This document shows positions 9,666 through 18,429 of a stretch of DNA of 50,053 bases, piece by piece. Numbering within the stretch: position 1 is the stretch's first letter; each line of letters begins with the position of its first letter. The stretch comes from Candidatus Tharpella sp. (GTDB taxonomy: Bacteria; Desulfobacterota; Anaeroferrophillalia; Anaeroferrophillales; Tharpellaceae): assembly GCA_021161425.1 (NCBI GenBank), contig JAGHAQ010000041.1, positions 1-50,053 on the forward strand. The letters are read 5' to 3'. Under the pieces are notes generated by a model. The model saw only the letters and a program-made list of their open reading frames with translations, ran no database searches and was not told the DNA's origin. The position numbers and the translations under genes are program-made.

Positions 9666-10552
9666 TTTTTGATGTTCATTATCAGACGACGCTGGCCTTT
9701 CTGATTTCGTACTATTTCTATTTTACGGGGTTAAGTGCCGGATCTTTTATGATCTCCACTCTCTCATATGGTTTTGGCTTGGAAAAATTTAAGCCAGCCA
9801 GTAAAATGGGAGTTGTTGCTGCGGTTTTGTTGCTTCTTATAGCACCACAGTGTCTCTTGATGCAGGTAGCTTGGCCGGTGAAATCTCTCTGGCACAATTT
9901 TCTCTTTCTTAATCCGATCTCAGCCATCTCCTACGGTTCTTTTCTTTTGATTCTCTACCCATTAAACTCCATTATCTATGGTGTGTTTATGTTTAAGGAG
10001 AATAAAAAGTGGACCAAGCTTTTTGGACTTATTGGTATCCCCTTGGCTTTAGCTGTACATGGATATACCGGTTGGATACTTGCTTTAGGCGTGGCTCGGG
10101 ATTATTGGAATACCGGTTTGATGCCGATCGTGTTCCTCTTTTCGGCCATGGTCTCCGGGATCTCAATGATGATCCTTTTTATTATGATCCGTGACCGTTT
10201 CTTTACAAAAGAAAAAGTTATTAATGATGATCTCATTCGCAGTCTTGCCAAGATATTAGGTTGGTTGTTGGTGGTTGACCTCTTCCTGGTTTTTTGTGAT
10301 TACTCAATTTTGCTTTACTCCAAACTTGAAGGTCAGGAAGTTGCGCATTTTATGCTTTTTGGCAAAATGTCGTTCTGGTTTGTGATAGTCGAAAATCTGG
10401 TTGGTAAAGTGATCCCGATGATTATCGTTTTTATTCCGGGGTTGCGTCGTAGTTATTTCTGGCTGATAGTGGCGTCACTGATGAATATGGTTGGTATCCT
10501 GGCGATGCGAATAGTTACAGTTTACGGTGGTCAGGCCTTACCCTTGATGTAG
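9653..10552 (+). CDS. NrfD/PsrC-family integral membrane subunit (about 8 TM)
   Basis: Y.YFTGLSAGSF, HGYTG..L, W...LMP..FLFSA..SG and terminal R....GGQ motifs. Confidence 0.9.
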   Translation: MGKVVFDVHYQTTLAFLISYYFYFTGLSAGSFMISTLSYGFGLEKFKPASKMGVVAAVLLLLIAPQCLLMQVAWPVKSLWHNFLFLNPISAISYGSFLLILYPLNSIIYGVFMFKENKKWTKLFGLIGIPLALAVHGYTGWILALGVARDYWNTGLMPIVFLFSAMVSGISMMILFIMIRDRFFTKEKVINDDLIRSLAKILGWLLVVDLFLVFCDYSILLYSKLEGQEVAHFMLFGKMSFWFVIVENLVGKVIPMIIVFIPGLRRSYFWLIVASLMNMVGILAMRIVTVYGGQALPLM

Positions 10553-10578
10553 ATCGGCTTTGCAAAAGGACTATAAAG

Positions 10579-12882
10579 ATGAAACTAGATCGTAGAAATT
10601 TTATAAAATTAGGAGCCGTTAGCAGTGGGGCTTTGGCTTTGCCGGATCCGATGAAGTTAGCCAAAAAAAAACGTAAGCCATGGAACCGGCAACAGGCTCG
10701 AACTTTAAGAAAATTTCATAACCCTATACCAACGACCTGTGGTTTATGTGAAAACCATTGCGGGCTGATCTCTTATCGGGATGGTGATCGCATCGTAATG
10801 TTACACGGTAATCCGGATCATCCTGTAAATCAGGGCAAACTTTGCGCTCGGGCTTATGGTCAGCTTGACCGGCTTTATGATCCTGACCGGATTCTTACGC
10901 CAAAGCTTCGAGACGGTGAACGTGGTAGTGGTAAGTGGCAGGATATCAGTTGGGCTAAGGCCTATGAAATTATCGCCGAAAAACTTGCTCCTTATGTTGA
11001 AAAACAGGGAGCCGGCCTGACCATTATACAGGGTCGTCAAGAATTACTCAGCGATTCCCTTTTAGAACTTTTTCCTGAATCTCTTGCGGTTGAGGATGGG
11101 TTTGCTCTGAAAGTTAATAGTCTACGTCGGAAACTTTATGGTGTTACCGGATGTCGACGCGATTTTGCCAACAGTCGTTATGTCTTGAATTTTGCTGCAG
11201 ACCCCTACATTAAAGGTGAGGATCTGTTATCTGACATGCGCGAATTGATAAAAGGCCGAATTGAGAATGGTGCCCGCCTGGTAACGGTCGCGGCCCGGTT
11301 AAATAATACAGCGGGACGCAGTGATTCATGGATACCTGTGGCGCCGGCCGATTATGGTACCTTTGCAAGGTCTCTCTCATACTTTATTTTAGACTCTGGA
11401 CTTTACAGTAAAAGTGCTTTGTCAGAGCAAGGTTTAAAGGTTGTTGAATTAAAAGCTTTGTTGCAGAAATATGCACCTGAAAAGGTTGCCAAAGAGATTG
11501 GGGTTGACCCTGAAACGATCAGGAAAATTGCCTCGGATATGGTACGTCGTCCGCAAGCTTTGGCAGTCTATGATGATGAGTTGATTTTAGCACCCGATGG
11601 TTATCAGAGCGCGGCTGCAGTCGAGTTGTTAAATTTGCTTTTAGGCGCAATCGGGCATCCCGGTGGAGTCTATTACTATAGTGAAGATGGTGCTCTGGCT
11701 GACGTAGCAACTTTACTTGACAGCCAAAAAGGGCGTCAGCGGGTTACCTTGGATTGGTTTGCAAACTGGCTTGCTGATAGTGGTAACCGGAGTGCGGTGA
11801 TAAATTATGCTGCAAATCCGGTATTTACGACTTTTAGTGGCCCTTATCCTCATTCAATCTGGCAGAAGTCTCATAAAATTCCGTTCCATCTGGCGATTGA
11901 TACATATTTTAGTGAAACCTCTATTTATGCTGACCTGATTTTGCCGGCAGCAACCGAGCTTGAGACCTTTGCTCTTGCTGATGCTCAGTTAGCCGATGGA
12001 CATAGTGTGATCTCCTTAAGACAACCTGTTTCAGGGCTTGTTGATGAAATTTTTCTTCTGCGTAAGGCCAAGGCGAAGAACTTAGACCTTTTTGCAACTA
12101 AGCGTGAACCGGCATCTGAGTCACGTGATTTCAATCAGATAGTTTTAGAACTGCAACAGCTATTGGCTGGCAAGACTCCGGATTCTGCGTCTCGGGTCAG
12201 CACTTGGCTTAAAGCTAAAATTGCTGGATCTACTTTTGTTAAGGCTGGTATCAGCTGGCAGAAGTTGCAAAAAGATGGTTTCCAAATCTATAAAAAATCA
12301 TCAGACAGTTCGAGATTAAAATTTTCGGTAACCTGCGCAAATTTTGCTCCATTAAATGAAAAATCAGCGGTTCCTGCTCATGATTCGTTTACTCTGGTGC
12401 CATATAGATTACATACTCTTGATAATCTGACCGCCAACAGCAAATATTTAGCTGAATTCAGGCATGATAATCCGCTCTGGATTCATCCTGGGAGAGCTTT
12501 GCGACTCGGCATTAAAGAAGGTGATAAGGTACGGATAGAGACAGCCGTAGGCTCGGTGACGGCTAAAGCCTGGATTACCGAAGCTGTTCATCCTCAATGT
12601 GTGGCCATTGCTTTAGGGTTCGGACATACTGGATTGGGTCGGGTTGCCAAAGCTCAAACAATTGCTAAAAGTGATCCAATGACTAGGTCGTTGCTTTTCC
12701 ACAATCTGTTTTACTTCACTCCTTTTTCTTTGCGGTTAAATTCATGGGATCCTAAGGAACCGGTTTGGTGGCATGAACAGGGCAATGGTGTAGATATAAG
12801 ACGTATATTTAAAGCGACCGCAGATACCCAAAACGCCGGTATATCTAATATTGATACTACTGTGCGGTTGCAGAAGGTCTGA
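10579..12882 (+). CDS. Divergent molybdopterin-oxidoreductase-family subunit (PsrA/TtrA/ArrA-like fold)
   Basis: DRRNFIK twin-arginine motif, CGLCENHC...GNPDHP.NQGKLCAR Fe-S motif, DTYFSET...ADLILPA, and C-terminal LWIHP..A..LGIKEGD.V domain IV. Confidence 0.85.
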   Translation: MKLDRRNFIKLGAVSSGALALPDPMKLAKKKRKPWNRQQARTLRKFHNPIPTTCGLCENHCGLISYRDGDRIVMLHGNPDHPVNQGKLCARAYGQLDRLYDPDRILTPKLRDGERGSGKWQDISWAKAYEIIAEKLAPYVEKQGAGLTIIQGRQELLSDSLLELFPESLAVEDGFALKVNSLRRKLYGVTGCRRDFANSRYVLNFAADPYIKGEDLLSDMRELIKGRIENGARLVTVAARLNNTAGRSDSWIPVAPADYGTFARSLSYFILDSGLYSKSALSEQGLKVVELKALLQKYAPEKVAKEIGVDPETIRKIASDMVRRPQALAVYDDELILAPDGYQSAAAVELLNLLLGAIGHPGGVYYYSEDGALADVATLLDSQKGRQRVTLDWFANWLADSGNRSAVINYAANPVFTTFSGPYPHSIWQKSHKIPFHLAIDTYFSETSIYADLILPAATELETFALADAQLADGHSVISLRQPVSGLVDEIFLLRKAKAKNLDLFATKREPASESRDFNQIVLELQQLLAGKTPDSASRVSTWLKAKIAGSTFVKAGISWQKLQKDGFQIYKKSSDSSRLKFSVTCANFAPLNEKSAVPAHDSFTLVPYRLHTLDNLTANSKYLAEFRHDNPLWIHPGRALRLGIKEGDKVRIETAVGSVTAKAWITEAVHPQCVAIALGFGHTGLGRVAKAQTIAKSDPMTRSLLFHNLFYFTPFSLRLNSWDPKEPVWWHEQGNGVDIRRIFKATADTQNAGISNIDTTVRLQKV

Positions 12883-12904
12883 AAGAATTTTTATTTTAAG
12901 GTGA

Positions 12905-13564
12905 ATGGGTATGAAGATAGACTTTAATTTTATTAAGGATCTGCCTGGCTGGCTGAAAACAAGTCTGGTGATCGGTATTACTATTTCAGTGCTCGTCGGT
13001 TTTTTTGCGTTTGCCCGCTACACTGACAAGGATGATGCCCTTTGCCGATCATGTCATCCTAGCATTCATGAAATGTGGCAAACGTCAAAAACCCACCCAT
13101 CTGACAAGGTGACATGCTATGAGTGTCATACTAAATACATAGAAGCCTTTCCAGAGGCTGGAGAGAGTTTGTATATTCACTATCGAGACAAGATCATTCC
13201 GGAAAATTTTAACAGTGGCAGGAAAGTACTAAATGGAAATTGTCTTCGTTGCCACGAAGATATTCCTAAGTTTAAAGAGGTTAAGAACACTCGAATAGTC
13301 AAAATATCACATGAAAAACACTATAAATCCGAGAAGGTGAAAATTGATGATTGCATGGTCTGTCATAATTCTCTTGCTCATGACAAATATGCGATTGAAA
13401 CCAATCGGCCGCGAATGCAGGGCTGTTTCTTAGGCGAATGTCACAAAGCCGACATCAAAGAGGATCGTTGTGAGTTGTGTCATTTTGTCAAGTTGGTAGA
13501 GGAAGAAAAAGTACTTGAAAAAATTGAAGAAGAAAAAGTACTTGAAAAAATAACTGATAACTAG
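12905..13564 (+). CDS. Membrane-anchored multiheme cytochrome c (NapC/NirT-like N-terminus)
   Basis: N-terminal TM helix, five CxxCH motifs (CRSCH, CYECH, CLRCH, CMVCH, CELCH) and one CX4CH (CFLGECH). Confidence 0.85.
   Translation: MGMKIDFNFIKDLPGWLKTSLVIGITISVLVGFFAFARYTDKDDALCRSCHPSIHEMWQTSKTHPSDKVTCYECHTKYIEAFPEAGESLYIHYRDKIIPENFNSGRKVLNGNCLRCHEDIPKFKEVKNTRIVKISHEKHYKSEKVKIDDCMVCHNSLAHDKYAIETNRPRMQGCFLGECHKADIKEDRCELCHFVKLVEEEKVLEKIEEEKVLEKITDN
13499..13552 (+). repeat. 27-bp in-frame tandem duplication (EEEKVLEKI x2)
   Basis: gaggaagaaaaagtacttgaaaaaatt / gaagaagaaaaagtacttgaaaaaata. Confidence 0.9.
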
Positions 13565-13571
13565 TAGGGCG

Positions 13572-13604
13572 ACGGGGTCGTGTGATTGCATGGCCCCGTT
13601 TTTT
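13572..13604 (+). terminator. Intrinsic terminator closing the redox operon
   Basis: ACGGGGTCGTG-TGATTG-CATGGCCCCGT stem with G-U pairs, followed by a T tract. Confidence 0.7.
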
Positions 13605-13617
13605 AAGAGGTATTTAA

Positions 13618-13633
13618 CAGTTGACGTTAACTG
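13618..13633. promoter_or_regulatory. Palindromic operator, copy 2
   Basis: CAGTTGACGTTAACTG, 1 mismatch, 21 bp upstream of the CoA-transferase start. Confidence 0.65.
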
Positions 13634-13654
13634 ATTGAGCAGGAACGTAGTCAG

Positions 13655-14845
13655 ATGTTGAAAAATCAACAATATGATCTCCTGAAAGGCCTTAAGGTGT
13701 TGGATCTTAGCCGTCTGTTACCAGGGCCTTTTTGCAGTATGGTGCTGGCTGATTACGGGGCTGAGATTTTAAAGATCGAAGCTCCGGGAGAAGGTGACTA
13801 TCTGCGTAGTTGGGCCCCTCTGGTTGATGGGGTCAGCGCTTTTTTTCTGGCTGTTAACCGTAATAAACGTTCTTTGACCCTTAACCTCAAAGAGGAAGAG
13901 GGGCGGGAACTTTTTAAAAAACTTCTGCTTGAGTATGATGTCGTTCTTGAAAGTTTCCGTCCGGGAGTTATGGAGCGGCTTGGTTGTGGTTATCAAGAGC
14001 TTGCGGCGCTCAAACCAAATCTGATCTATTGCTCAATCAGCGGTTATGGGCAATCCGGGCCCCAGGCCTTAAAGGCCGGTCATGATATTAACTATATGGC
14101 CGAATCCGGGGTTTTAAATACGACCTCAAGTCGTGAGATTTCAGCTATTTCCGGGATCCAGGTCGCCGATGTGGCAGGCGGCGCTCTTTATGCTGTCAGC
14201 GCCGTACTGGCAGCCTATGTCAAGGTCTTGAAAGGGGGACGGGGGGCCTGTCTTGATATTTCGATGACTGATGGTTTGGTTAGTATGTTGCCCCTGCTTT
14301 CGGCCTATCACTATACTCTGGGTTTGGAACCCGGTCCCGATACGACGATGTTCAATGGTCAGTTGGCCTGTTACCATATCTATCGGACTCGCGATGGTCG
14401 GGAGATTGCTTTAGGTGCTCTTGAGAAGAAATTCTGGCAGAATTTCTGTCGAGTTGTTGAACGTGATGATCTTCTTAACGGCGATCATCATGATCTGGCC
14501 CGCCAGGATGAACTTAAAAAAGAGCTTGCGGTAATTTTTGCGGCTCGTGATGCTGATCAGTGGCCGACTCTGCTGGCTGGTCACGATACCTGTTGTGAAG
14601 TGCTTAGAAATATGACTGAAGTCCACGCTGATCCTCATTTTCAGGAGCGTGGCATGTTCTGGCGACTGCCTCTTGAAAATGGCGGTGATCTTCTGCAGAC
14701 TAACTGTGCGGTTATGGTAGATGAGAATAAACCGACTCAGCATCGGGCTGCACCAAAACTTGGTCAGCATACCGACCAGATACTTAATGATTTGGGGTAT
14801 GATCAGAATACAATTTCGGACCTGCGAGAGCGTGGAGTGATTTGA
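13655..14845 (+). CDS. Family III CoA-transferase (CaiB/BaiF, AMACR-like branch)
   Basis: LDLSRLLPGPFC...LAD.GAE..KIE.P..GD, NRNKRS, E.FRPGV..RLG and GHDINY motifs. Confidence 0.92.
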   Translation: MLKNQQYDLLKGLKVLDLSRLLPGPFCSMVLADYGAEILKIEAPGEGDYLRSWAPLVDGVSAFFLAVNRNKRSLTLNLKEEEGRELFKKLLLEYDVVLESFRPGVMERLGCGYQELAALKPNLIYCSISGYGQSGPQALKAGHDINYMAESGVLNTTSSREISAISGIQVADVAGGALYAVSAVLAAYVKVLKGGRGACLDISMTDGLVSMLPLLSAYHYTLGLEPGPDTTMFNGQLACYHIYRTRDGREIALGALEKKFWQNFCRVVERDDLLNGDHHDLARQDELKKELAVIFAARDADQWPTLLAGHDTCCEVLRNMTEVHADPHFQERGMFWRLPLENGGDLLQTNCAVMVDENKPTQHRAAPKLGQHTDQILNDLGYDQNTISDLRERGVI

Positions 14846-14881
14846 AAAAAATTTAATTCGAAAGAACCGTAAATATTTATT

Positions 14882-14935
14882 AAATTACGAAAGACGCGAA
14901 AAAACCTTTAGCGTCTTTTACCTCTTTCGTAGTTT
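14882..14935. repeat. Small intergenic inverted-repeat element (related copy at 31696-31739)
   Basis: AAATTACGAAAG...CTTTCGTAGTTT with inner AAAGACGC/GCGTCTTT. The core CGCGAAAAAAC is shared with the 31.7 kb copy. Confidence 0.45.
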
Positions 14936-15004
14936 AAAAGAAAAGTCTGGAAAAGTTTTGATAACCCGCTTGCTTCCGGCTACGCTGGATTAAGGATGGA
15001 GCTT

Positions 15005-16189
15005 ATGTGTAAAGAAGTTGTAATAGTCAGTGCTTTGCGAACTGCAATTGGTAATTTTCAGGGAGGTCTCTCCTCTCTTACGGCTACTGAACTTGGTGGT
15101 CTGGCAATCAACGGAGCGATCGAGAGGGCGGGCATCGACAAAGCTATGGTCGATGAAGTGCTTATGGGTAATGTGTTGCCCATCGGTTTGGGTCAGAATC
15201 CCGGCCGTCAAGCCATGATTAAGGCCGGTTTGCCGATGGCCGTCGGGGCTATAACCGTTAACAAGGTTTGTGGATCCGGACTTAAAACGGTGATGTTGGC
15301 GGAACAGGCGATAAAATCCGGTGATGCTGAGATCATTGTTGCCGGCGGTATGGAAAGCATGAGCAATGTTCCTTACTACATGCCTGGTGCCCGAGGTGGT
15401 ATGCGCATGGGCAACGGCCCGATGGTTGACGGTATGGTACATGACGGACTCTGGGATGTGGTTAACGATTACCATATGGGTTATACGGCCGAATTGGTCA
15501 GCAAAAAATTCTCTATTACCCGCGAAGTGATGGATCGCTTTTCCGTTGCTTCCAATGAAAAAGCTCTGGCCGCGATCGAAAATGATTATTTCGCCGATGA
15601 GATTATGCCGGTATCTATAACCCCACGGCGGGGTGATCCTTATGATTTTAAGGTTGATGAAGGGCCCCGAGCTGCCACCATGGAGGCATTGGCCAAATTG
15701 CGGCCGGCTTTTGACCGGAATGGTATTGTGACCGCCGGTAATGCTTCAAAAATCAGTGATGGTGCCAGTTGTCTGTTGGTGATGTCGGCAGCTAGAGCTG
15801 CCGAACTTAAACTTGAGCCTTTGGCCAGGATTGTGGCTCAGGGGGCGGCCGGTGTGGCTCTTGAAGATGTGCTGGTAGCGCCGATAGACTCGATTCCGAA
15901 AGTCTTGGCCAAAGCCGGTTTAAAGATAAATGATATCGATCTGCATGAGATTAATGAAGCTTTTGCAACCTCTAGTGTGGCTATTATCAAGGAGCTTGGG
16001 ATTGATCCGGAAAGGGTTAATCTGAACGGTGGAGCTGTGGCTCTTGGTCATCCGATTGGTTGTTCCGGAGCCCGGGTGTTGACGACTTTGATCTATGCTC
16101 TGCGTCGTCAGGACAAACGTTACGGTATGGCTTCACTCTGTCTTGGCGGTGGTGAAGCGGTTTCAATGATTATTGAGAGCCTGGCTTAG
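15005..16189 (+). CDS. Acetyl-CoA C-acetyltransferase (thiolase) 1
   Basis: NKVCGSG, TAGNAS.ISDGA, INEAFA, GHPIG.SG and LCLGGG motifs. ATG 15005 follows GGAG; the ORF track starts at 14996. Confidence 0.95.
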   Translation: MCKEVVIVSALRTAIGNFQGGLSSLTATELGGLAINGAIERAGIDKAMVDEVLMGNVLPIGLGQNPGRQAMIKAGLPMAVGAITVNKVCGSGLKTVMLAEQAIKSGDAEIIVAGGMESMSNVPYYMPGARGGMRMGNGPMVDGMVHDGLWDVVNDYHMGYTAELVSKKFSITREVMDRFSVASNEKALAAIENDYFADEIMPVSITPRRGDPYDFKVDEGPRAATMEALAKLRPAFDRNGIVTAGNASKISDGASCLLVMSAARAAELKLEPLARIVAQGAAGVALEDVLVAPIDSIPKVLAKAGLKINDIDLHEINEAFATSSVAIIKELGIDPERVNLNGGAVALGHPIGCSGARVLTTLIYALRRQDKRYGMASLCLGGGEAVSMIIESLA

Positions 16190-16238
16190 GTTAAGAGAAG
16201 AATAATATTATTTCAGTCTATACTTTAAGGAGAGGAAC

Positions 16239-17519
16239 ATGCGTGAAGTAGCTATTGTCAGTGCCACCCGGACCGCAATTGGGACCTATGGTGGAAGTTT
16301 AAAGGATATCCCGGTGGTTGAAATGGGCGCCACGGTAATTCGCAATGTAATGGAAAGAGCTGGTTGTCGGCCGGTAATGAACAAAGCAGTCGTCGCTGCC
16401 GGTCCTGAAGCTCTTAAGGATAAAGGATGTCCGGTCGAGGAGAAATACAGCAATTGGGACAGCTCCCTGACCGAACTTCAGGTTGATGAAGTGGTTATGG
16501 GAAATGTCGTCGGGGCTGGTCAAGGGCAGAATGTGGCTCGACAGGCGATGATTCATGCCGGTATTCCGCGTGAGGCCGGTGGTTACACCATAAATAAGGT
16601 TTGTGCATCAGGTATGAAAGCGGTGGCCTTGGCAGCTCAATCAATTGCCCTTGGTGAAGCCGAAGTGATGATCGCCGGGGGCATGGAGAATATGAGTCGG
16701 GTTCCCTATGCGATGTCGTCGGCGCGTTGGGGTGCTCGTATGGGTAATGTCGATGTGGTCGATCTGATGGTTCATGATGGGCTCTGGGAAATCTTCTATG
16801 GTTATCATATGGGTTTGACAGCTGAAAATATTGCCGACCTTTATGGTATTTCCCGGCTTGAACAGGATGAACTCGGAGCTTTGAGTCATCAGCGCGCCCG
16901 CAAGGCGATTGCTGATGGCATATTTGCCAAAGAAATTGTCCCGGTCATGATTCCCCAGCGTAAAAAAGATCCGATCGCTTTTGCGATTGATGAACGGCCG
17001 ATGGATACGTCGGTCGAAAAGATGGGGAAATTACGTCCGGCTTTCAAAAAAGATGGAACTGTAACCGCTGGTAACGCTTCCGGTATTAATGATGCGGCCG
17101 CAGCTCTGTTGCTTATGACGCCGGAAAAAGCGGCGGCTATGGGACTTAAAGTAAAAGCTGTCATCAAAGGTTTCCAGGCGGGGGGACTTGACCCGGCTTA
17201 TATGGGGTTAGGACCGATTCCATCCATTAAACGATTGCTTAAGCGTCTTGATATGGGGCTTAATGCAATTGACTATTTTGAATTAAATGAAGCTTTTGCC
17301 TCGCAGGCTATCGCCTGTGTGCGGGAATTGAAAATTGATATGGAGCGTACCAATATTTATGGTAGCGGTATCTCTTTAGGACATCCTATCGGATGTTCTG
17401 GAGCCCGGATTCTGGTTACCCTGCTGAACGTATTGGAACAAAATGATGCCGAACGTGGTCTTGCCTCTCTCTGTATCGGTGGTGGTCAGGGTGCGGCAAT
17501 GGTTATTGAAAGACGGTAG
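16239..17519 (+). CDS. Acetyl-CoA C-acetyltransferase (thiolase) 2, with N-terminal insertion
   Basis: NKVCASG, TAGNASGINDAA, LNEAFA, GHPIG and LCIGGG motifs. Confidence 0.95.
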   Translation: MREVAIVSATRTAIGTYGGSLKDIPVVEMGATVIRNVMERAGCRPVMNKAVVAAGPEALKDKGCPVEEKYSNWDSSLTELQVDEVVMGNVVGAGQGQNVARQAMIHAGIPREAGGYTINKVCASGMKAVALAAQSIALGEAEVMIAGGMENMSRVPYAMSSARWGARMGNVDVVDLMVHDGLWEIFYGYHMGLTAENIADLYGISRLEQDELGALSHQRARKAIADGIFAKEIVPVMIPQRKKDPIAFAIDERPMDTSVEKMGKLRPAFKKDGTVTAGNASGINDAAAALLLMTPEKAAAMGLKVKAVIKGFQAGGLDPAYMGLGPIPSIKRLLKRLDMGLNAIDYFELNEAFASQAIACVRELKIDMERTNIYGSGISLGHPIGCSGARILVTLLNVLEQNDAERGLASLCIGGGQGAAMVIERR

Positions 17520-17550
17520 TATTATCATTATTTAATTAGTTAGGAGATCG

Positions 17551-18408
17551 ATGATTATGGAGATCAAAAAATTCGGAGTGGTTGGTGCCGGTCAGATGGG
17601 TAACGGGATTGCTCAGGTTGCAGCACAAGCCGGTTTGCAGGTGGTAATGCACGATATCGCCGAGAAGTTTGTTGAGTACGGTATGTCGGTAATTAAGAAA
17701 AATTTGCAGCGTTCGGTTGATAAGGGTCGGATGGAACAGGCTGATATGGACGCGGTTCTCGGTCGAATTACGACAACGACTGAGCTGGCCGCCATGAAGG
17801 ATGTTGATATCGTTGTCGAAGCGGCAACCGAGAATGAGAAAATTAAACTCGATATCTTTGCTCAGCTTGATGCAATTTGTCCTAAAGATGCCATTTTGGC
17901 CTCCAACACTTCTTCTATTTCGATTACTAAGATTGCAGCGGCAACCAAGCGTCCGGAAAAGATGATCGGTATGCATTTCATGAATCCGGTTCCGGTTATG
18001 AAACTGGTTGAAGTGATCAAAGGGTTGGCGACTAATGATGAAACCTATGACACGGTTGTCGAACTCTCGAAAAAACTTGGTAAAATCCCTTGTCAAGCCA
18101 ATGATTTTCCAGGCTTTATTGCCAATCGTATTCTTTTGCCGATGATCAATGAAGCCGTCTATTGCCTCTTTGAAGGGGTCGGTAAGCCGGAAGATATTGA
18201 TAACGTAATGAAACTTGGCATGAATCATCCGATGGGGCCCCTGGCCCTGGCCGATCTGATCGGGCTTGATACCTGCTTGGCGATTATGAATGTTCTGCAT
18301 GAGGGCTTAGGCGATTCCAAATATCGTCCCTGTCCTTTGTTGAAAAAATATGTCGATGCCGGTTTTTTTGGGCGCAAGAGCGGTCGTGGGTTCTACGATT
18401 ACAGTTAA
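17551..18408 (+). CDS. hbd: 3-hydroxybutyryl-CoA dehydrogenase
   Basis: GAGQMG.GIA, SNTSS, GMHFMNP, GFIANR and NHPMGPL.LAD.IGLD motifs. Confidence 0.95.
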   Translation: MIMEIKKFGVVGAGQMGNGIAQVAAQAGLQVVMHDIAEKFVEYGMSVIKKNLQRSVDKGRMEQADMDAVLGRITTTTELAAMKDVDIVVEAATENEKIKLDIFAQLDAICPKDAILASNTSSISITKIAAATKRPEKMIGMHFMNPVPVMKLVEVIKGLATNDETYDTVVELSKKLGKIPCQANDFPGFIANRILLPMINEAVYCLFEGVGKPEDIDNVMKLGMNHPMGPLALADLIGLDTCLAIMNVLHEGLGDSKYRPCPLLKKYVDAGFFGRKSGRGFYDYS

Positions 18409-18429
18409 TAGATTTGAGGGAGAAGAATT

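Noticed and set aside
17536-18300. 254-aa antisense ORF over hbd (and similar shadows such as 35429-36049)
   Set aside because: These lie entirely opposite well-supported genes.
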